Shown here: one piece after another, positions 26,951-32,000 of the stretch
Numbering within the stretch: the stretch's first letter is position 1
Layout of the letters: each line of letters begins with the position of its first letter
Position numbers and translations under genes: made by a program
Assembly: GCF_001457595.1 (NCBI RefSeq)
Contig: NZ_LN831039.1
Location: 2,430,001 to 2,462,000, forward strand
Direction: 5' to 3'
Length of the DNA: 32,000 nt
Source: Mycolicibacterium smegmatis
GTDB lineage: Bacteria > Actinomycetota > Actinomycetes > Mycobacteriales > Mycobacteriaceae
The notes under the pieces: generated by a model
What the model was told of the DNA's origin: nothing
The model's database searches: none
The model's input: the letters and a program-made list of their open reading frames with translations, nothing else

Positions 26951-27802
26951 GTGACCGTACAGCTGCACCCGTCGCCGTCGGCGTTCGAACCGGTGGCCGG
27001 TGCGGTGTACCGCGCCGACCCGGTTCTGTTCACCAATGAGCTGACGGCGCTTCGGACCTCCCCGTGGCCCGCCGGTCAGGTGCTGCTGTCGGTGTCGGAC
27101 GAGTCGACACCGGTGGGTGCGGCGGTCCAGATGCGGGGTTCGGTGCTCCTGGTCAGCGGGCTCCCACCACACGTCGCCGCTGCCGCGGCCTGCGAGCTGG
27201 TCGAAGTTCAACCGGCCCTGCCGGAGGTGCGTGGGACCCCCGAGGCGACAATGGCTTTCGCGCAGGCGTGGCAGAGCGTGACGGACATACGGGTGATCCC
27301 GGGTACAACGGACGTGCTCTACCGGCTGGGCGAGTTGGCCCCGCCGCTCGGTGTGTCGGGAGACTGGCGGCCGGCGCACGACGAGGACACGGATCTGCTG
27401 TCGGCCTGGCTGGACGCGTTCTACGTCGAGGCGTTCGGCTCCGAGCCCGACATCGACGCGGCTCGCGTTGGGCTGCAGGCGATCTACGACGCGGGTGGGC
27501 AGATTCTGGTGTGGACGGCGGCCGGGGTGCCCGTGTGCATGGCGAGGGTCCACGCGTGCATCGAGGGCATGGCGCGGATCGGTCCGGTCTACACCCCACC
27601 CGAACACCGTGGCCACGGGTATGCCGCGGCGCTGACGTCGGTCGCATCGCGCGCGGCATTGGACCGGGGCGTGCGCGACGTGGTGTTGTTCGCCGATGCG
27701 GCCAATCCGGTATCCAATCGGGTCTACCGGCGCATCGGCTTTGCGGCCGTGGCCGAGAACGTGCGGTACCAGTTCACTCCGATGGCCGACGCAGCCCGTT
27801 GA
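26951..27802 (+). CDS. GNAT family N-acetyltransferase
   Basis: ARIGPVYTPPEHRGHGYAAALTSVASRAALDRG...ADAANPVSNRVYRRIGFAAV; GTG 26951 is the likely start. Confidence 0.88.
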   Translation: MTVQLHPSPSAFEPVAGAVYRADPVLFTNELTALRTSPWPAGQVLLSVSDESTPVGAAVQMRGSVLLVSGLPPHVAAAAACELVEVQPALPEVRGTPEATMAFAQAWQSVTDIRVIPGTTDVLYRLGELAPPLGVSGDWRPAHDEDTDLLSAWLDAFYVEAFGSEPDIDAARVGLQAIYDAGGQILVWTAAGVPVCMARVHACIEGMARIGPVYTPPEHRGHGYAAALTSVASRAALDRGVRDVVLFADAANPVSNRVYRRIGFAAVAENVRYQFTPMADAAR

Positions 27803-28349
27803 TCAGCACCGCCACCATCGCGCGGGCGTCGTAACGGGGATCGTCTTCGGCGCCCATGCAGAGGTTGCCGATCGCACGCATGAAGACGTACGGGTCGATG
27901 CCCGAACGGATTTCACCGGAGTCGACGGCGGCATCCAGAAGCTGTGCGCACACCGGGACCAGTCGGTCGAGGAAGTAGGCGTGCAGGGTCTGGTAGCGGG
28001 CGTTGTCCGAATGCAGCGCCGCGGCCAGGCCGTGCTTGGTGACCAGGAAATCGACGAACTGGTCGACCCACTCCGCGAGCGCGGCGTGCGGCGAGTGCTG
28101 CTCCAAGAGGCGCGGCCCGGCGTCGGCGCACGCGTCGACCTGGTGGCGGTACACCGCGATGATGAGGTCGGCGCGCGTGGGGAAGTGCCGGTAGATGGTG
28201 CCCATGCCGACGCCGGCGCGGGCCGCGATATCGCGCACCGGCACCTCCACGCCCGCGGCCACGAACGCCGCGGCCGCGGCCTCCAGAAGCGCCTGCTCGT
28301 TGCGGCGCGCGTCGGCGCGCTTTCGCGTCGTCTTGTCGGCGTCGGGCAT
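27774..28349 (-). CDS. TetR family transcriptional regulator
   Basis: RRNEQALLEAAAAAFVAAGVEVPVRDIAARAGVGMGTIYRHFPTRADLIIAVYRHQV; start MPDADKTTRKRA. Confidence 0.92.
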   Translation of the reverse strand: MPDADKTTRKRADARRNEQALLEAAAAAFVAAGVEVPVRDIAARAGVGMGTIYRHFPTRADLIIAVYRHQVDACADAGPRLLEQHSPHAALAEWVDQFVDFLVTKHGLAAALHSDNARYQTLHAYFLDRLVPVCAQLLDAAVDSGEIRSGIDPYVFMRAIGNLCMGAEDDPRYDARAMVAVLINGLRRPSE

Positions 28350-28371
28350 CCGGAGATCCTCTCGTCCCTTG

Positions 28372-28420
28372 ATAAGCGGAACGACGCTCCGTATCGTAGG
28401 GGGAGCATTGTTCCGCTTAT
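28372..28420. promoter_or_regulatory. Spaced inverted repeat/TetR operator candidate in divergent promoter region
   Basis: ATAAGCGGAAC (28372-28382) and GTTCCGCTTAT (28410-28420), perfect 11-bp arms. Confidence 0.6.
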
Positions 28421-28472
28421 ATGGTGCCAGGCGGGTGCGCCCGTCCGTCGGCATCCGGTGAAAGGCCCGCCC

Positions 28473-29351
28473 ATGTCACTTGCCGAGAATGTGCAGTTCG
28501 GCATCTTCACGCCTCCCCATCAGGTCGATTACGCGGATCTGTTGCGCGTCTGGACGGAGGCCGACGAGATCCCCGAGATCGCGCACGCCTGGCTGTTCGA
28601 CCACCTGATCCCGATCGCGGGAGACGTCACCGGACCTGTGCTCGAGGGGTGGACGCTACTGTCGGCGCTCGCGGCGCAGACGAAGCGTCTGCGTATCGGT
28701 TTGATGGTGACCAGCAACAGGTTTCGGCCACCGTCCATGCTCGCCAAGATCGCCACGACCGTCGACATCGTGTCCGGTGGTCGTCTCGATTTCGGCATCG
28801 GGTCGGGCTCGCGGCCCGGTCATCCCGTCGCACGGCACGAGTACATCTCGAACGGGCTGCCCTACCACGACGCCGACCACGCGGTCGCGAGTCTGGCCGA
28901 GGCGTGCACGCTGATCCGCCGGTTGTGGGCCGAGGAGGAACCGTTTGACTTCGACGGCGGCTTCTACCGATTGGAGCGCGCGTTCGCCAACCCCAAACCG
29001 GTGCAGCGGCCCCACCCGCCGATCGTCATCGGCGGACGCGCCAAGGCCACGCTCCGAGTGGTTGCCGAACACGCCGACGTCTGGAACATCCCCGGCGGCG
29101 ACATCGAGGACATGGTGCGCCGCAGCGCGATGCTCGACGGCTACTGCGCCGAAATCGGCCGGGACTCAAAGGAGATCACGCGGTCCACGGTGCTCGGAGT
29201 GTCCTACGACCAGCCGGGGCAGACCCGGGCCGCGGTGAAAGAAGCCGTCGACGCCGGGTTCGGCCACATCGTCCTGATGCTGCCGACCCCGTACCCCGAC
29301 AACGCCGTCCGCTGGGTCGCCGACGAAATCACCACGCCGACGGCGTCATAG
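28473..29351 (+). CDS. LLM class (F420/flavin-dependent) oxidoreductase
   Basis: VQFGIFTPPHQVDYADLLRVWTEADEI...AHAWLFDHLIPI...VDIVSGGRLDFGIGSGSRPGHP. Confidence 0.92.
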   Translation: MSLAENVQFGIFTPPHQVDYADLLRVWTEADEIPEIAHAWLFDHLIPIAGDVTGPVLEGWTLLSALAAQTKRLRIGLMVTSNRFRPPSMLAKIATTVDIVSGGRLDFGIGSGSRPGHPVARHEYISNGLPYHDADHAVASLAEACTLIRRLWAEEEPFDFDGGFYRLERAFANPKPVQRPHPPIVIGGRAKATLRVVAEHADVWNIPGGDIEDMVRRSAMLDGYCAEIGRDSKEITRSTVLGVSYDQPGQTRAAVKEAVDAGFGHIVLMLPTPYPDNAVRWVADEITTPTAS

Positions 29352-29355
29352 ACAG

Positions 29356-29415
29356 CACGAGTGTGAAACCTCTGCGAAAAATCGGCAGATTTCTCGCAGA
29401 GGCTTCACACTCGTG
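29356..29415. terminator. Long near-perfect hairpin between convergent genes
   Basis: cacgagtgtgaaacctctgcga ... tcgcagaggcttcacactcgtg (21/22 arm identity), plus inner aaatc/gattt pairing. Confidence 0.7.
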
Positions 29416-29420
29416 AGGCG

Positions 29421-30608
29421 TTACTTCTTGATGACGTGCTGCGGGCCCTGGGCCTTCTTGTAGAGGGCCTTGAGCATGCGGTCGCGGAAGGCGGCGTTGT
29501 CGATCAGCTTCACGCCGGCCTCTGCCAGCTTGGGCTTACCGATCAACTTGTGCATGTAGCGGCCACGGCGGTATTCGCGCCCCCACGCGGCCTCCATGCG
29601 CTGCGCGTAGTTGGTGAAGTCGTCGGGGCCACCGTTCTGCAGCGCCGCGATCGCGCATTCACCTGCGGCCAAACCGGATTCGAGCGCCTTGGAGATGCCC
29701 GCGCCCGAGGCGGGCTTGCCCGCACCCAGCGAGTCGCCGGTGAACAGCACGCCCGGACGCCACGGCGGCCACGCCGTGAAGCCCATGGGCAATCGCCATG
29801 CGCGCACGCTCTTGTTCTTCTTGAGTTCCTCGATGGGCGGCAGCTCCCACGCGCGCGGAAGCGAGCGCAGGAACTCGCCGAGGAACTGCGTCGCGTTGAT
29901 CGACTGCCAGTTCTTGTAGCTGTTGACGTAGCCCAGCCCGATGTTGAACATGCCGTTGCCCATCGGGAACACCCAGCCGTAGCCGGGTAGCTGATCCCCT
30001 TGGAACACCAGCTTGAGATAGATGTCCAGGCTGTCGGAGTCCGGCCGGTTGGCATGCATCTCGGAGCGGATCGCGATCGCGGAGTAGCCGTTGTACTCCG
30101 AGTCGATCTTGAGCGCGCGCTTGATCGGTGAGTAGGCGCCGTCGGCCGCGATCACCGCGTCGCCGTACACCTTCTCACCGCTCTTGAGCACCACGCCGAT
30201 CACGCGGCCGTTGGCGTCGAACTCGGGTCCGGCCACCTCGGCGCCCTGGCGTACCTCGGCACCCGCGGACTCGGCGTGCTTGAGCAGCACCGTGTCGAGG
30301 TGGGTCCGGCTGACGGTGTGGCCGTGGTCGGGCATCCCGGGCCTGCGCGGGAACGACAGCTCCCATTCGCTGGGGCTGAAGACCGTCACACGGTTGACCC
30401 GGTGATAGGTGGCGACCTCGTCGGCCAGTCCCATCTTCTGCAGGTAGCTCACCGCGCGTGCGGTCAGTCCGTCGCCGCACGGCTTGTCGCGGGGGAACTC
30501 CGCTTTGTCCAGGACGACCACTTTGGCGCCGGTCTGTGCGGCCTGCCATGCCGCTGCCGACCCCGATGGGCCGCCACCAGCAATGACCAGGTCGTATCGC
30601 TGCGTCAT
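29421..30608 (-). CDS. Geranylgeranyl reductase family / menaquinone reductase (MenJ)-like flavoprotein
   Basis: YDLVIAGGGPSGSAAAWQAAQTGAKVVVLDKAEFPRDKPCGDGLTARAV...GDSLGAGKPASGAGISKALESG. Confidence 0.9.
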   Translation of the reverse strand: MTQRYDLVIAGGGPSGSAAAWQAAQTGAKVVVLDKAEFPRDKPCGDGLTARAVSYLQKMGLADEVATYHRVNRVTVFSPSEWELSFPRRPGMPDHGHTVSRTHLDTVLLKHAESAGAEVRQGAEVAGPEFDANGRVIGVVLKSGEKVYGDAVIAADGAYSPIKRALKIDSEYNGYSAIAIRSEMHANRPDSDSLDIYLKLVFQGDQLPGYGWVFPMGNGMFNIGLGYVNSYKNWQSINATQFLGEFLRSLPRAWELPPIEELKKNKSVRAWRLPMGFTAWPPWRPGVLFTGDSLGAGKPASGAGISKALESGLAAGECAIAALQNGGPDDFTNYAQRMEAAWGREYRRGRYMHKLIGKPKLAEAGVKLIDNAAFRDRMLKALYKKAQGPQHVIKK

Positions 30609-30758
30609 GAGCCTCGTCTCGTTGATTGAGTGTCGCTGAAATAGTACCCAAGCCCGCACGCGCCAGTGTGGCGGGAAAACAACCGGCCACCGGGGGTGAT
30701 CGCGTGTTGGTGTGCGGTCTGAGCAGGTCAGCACTATCAGGGCGAGTACAGTAATCGC

Positions 30759-31496
30759 GTGCGGCGAGGGTCGAGATCACATTCCGGCGGTCCGGGGGTC
30801 AAGGTTGACGCCCGCAGTGAGCGCTGGCGTGAGCACCGTAAAAAGGTGCGCTCGGAGATCGTCGACGCCGCGTTCCGTGCGATCGACCGGCTGGGCCCCG
30901 AGCTGAGTTTGCGCGAGATCGCCGAAGAGGCCGGCACCGCCAAACCCAAGATCTACCGTCACTTCACCGACAAGTCGGACCTGTTCCAGGCGATCGGCGA
31001 GCGGTTGCGCGACATGCTGTGGTCGGCGATCTTCCCGTCGATCAACCTCGCCTCCGATCCGGCCCGCGAGGTGATCCGTCGCAGCGTCGAACAGTACGTG
31101 CGATTGGTCGACGAACATCCCAACGTACTGCGGTTCCTCATCCAGGGGCGGTTCGCCGAGCAGAGCGAGTCGACCATGCGCGCGCTCAACGAGGGCCGCG
31201 GCATCACGCTCGCGATGGCCGACATGTTCTCCCACGAACTTCGCGAGATGGAACTCGACGGCGCCGCCATCGAACTGGCCGCGTTCGCGACGTTCGGCGC
31301 GGCCGCGTCGGCCACGGACTGGTGGCTGGGCAGTAAAGAGGACAGCCCGCGCCGCATGCCCGCAGACGAGTTCGTCAACCACCTGACCACGATCATGGTC
31401 GGCTCCATCAACGGCACCTGCGAGCTGCTGGGCATCCGGATCGACCCGGATCTGCCCCTGCACGAGGGTGTGCAGCGCCGCGAACGCGCCAGTTAG
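30759..31496 (+). CDS. TetR family transcriptional regulator (Rv3050c-like)
   Basis: RSEIVDAAFRAIDRLGPELSLREIAEEAGTAKPKIYRHFTDKSDLFQAIG; TACAGT 30747-30752 fits a leaderless -10 for GTG 30759. Confidence 0.9.
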   Translation: MRRGSRSHSGGPGVKVDARSERWREHRKKVRSEIVDAAFRAIDRLGPELSLREIAEEAGTAKPKIYRHFTDKSDLFQAIGERLRDMLWSAIFPSINLASDPAREVIRRSVEQYVRLVDEHPNVLRFLIQGRFAEQSESTMRALNEGRGITLAMADMFSHELREMELDGAAIELAAFATFGAAASATDWWLGSKEDSPRRMPADEFVNHLTTIMVGSINGTCELLGIRIDPDLPLHEGVQRRERAS

Positions 31497-31611
31497 TCAC
31501 ACCAGTCACATCGCGCAACTCTCGGGGTGGTCCGAGCGTTGACAGGTCAGCCACCGCGCCGGACACTGGCAAATATCCGGTACCGGCGTTCCCAGGAAAG
31601 GACCTGAAACC

Positions 31612-32000
31612 ATGACGGCTGCCGACCAGCAACCCATCCGGACCCGCGCCCTGGTGATCGGCACCGGGTTCTCCGGGCTGGGCATGGCCATCGAACTGCA
31701 GCGCCGTGGCGTCGACTTCCTGATTCTGGAGAAGGCCGACGAGATCGGCGGCACCTGGCGCGACAACACCTACCCGGGATGCGCGTGCGACATCCCGTCG
31801 CACATGTACTCGTTCTCGTTCGAGCCCAAGGCCGACTGGAAGCACATGTGGTCCTTCCAGCCCGAGATCCAGGACTACCTGCTGGGCGTGACGGCCAAAT
31901 ACGGACTGCGCCGTCACATCCACTTCAACTCGCACGTCGACCGCGCGCACTGGGACGACGAGGAACTGCGCTGGCATGTGTTCACCAAGACCGGCCAGGA
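31612..32000 (+). CDS. Flavin-containing (Baeyer-Villiger-type) monooxygenase, N-terminal part, truncated by window edge
   Basis: RALVIGTGFSGLGMAIELQRRGVDFLILEKADEIGGTWRDNTYPGCACDIPSHMYSFSFEP. Confidence 0.93.
   Translation, partial: MTAADQQPIRTRALVIGTGFSGLGMAIELQRRGVDFLILEKADEIGGTWRDNTYPGCACDIPSHMYSFSFEPKADWKHMWSFQPEIQDYLLGVTAKYGLRRHIHFNSHVDRAHWDDEELRWHVFTKTGQ

Noticed and set aside
1-32000. CRISPR array, tRNA/rRNA, transposase/integrase, prophage or toxin-antitoxin module
   Set aside because: None recognised by eye. No regularly spaced repeats and no mobile-element proteins; most of the window looks like conserved mycobacterial core sequence.

Overview
High-GC actinobacterial chromosome window. 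Protein content and gene order strongly resemble Mycolicibacterium smegmatis and relatives; this is from recalled synteny, no search was run. Left to right: the tail of a [NiFe]-hydrogenase maturation cluster (hypD partial, hypE); ligB; a membrane-anchored sulfite-oxidase-like molybdoenzyme; an SDR; a PoxB-like TPP enzyme; an HxlR regulator; a methyltransferase; an APH-like phosphotransferase; a TauE/SafE permease; a small stand-alone LeuA regulatory-domain protein; cyp136; TetR; SDR; phoA lipoprotein; a RecF/OLD-like ATPase; dinB2; TetR; FMN reductase; nrdHIE; a DUF5997/LysR-effector-only divergent pair; a VOC protein; an OxlT-like MFS with an overlapping 47-aa membrane microprotein; GNAT; TetR; LLM flavin oxidoreductase; geranylgeranyl/menaquinone-reductase-like protein; TetR; and a partial flavin monooxygenase. 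No CRISPR, tRNA/rRNA, transposon or prophage was seen. Best leads: (1) an orphan LeuA-tail protein preceded by a Leu/Val-containing, apparently leaderless uORF that runs into a hairpin; (2) a tight TetR-dinB2-ATPase gene string next to nrdHIE; (3) paired degenerate inverted-repeat units after nrdE; (4) an effector-only LysR domain with a basic tail, divergent from DUF5997; (5) the untracked MFS microprotein at 26757-26900; (6) an NrdR-box-like site before nrdHIE; (7) a wobble-base compositional switch inside poxB.
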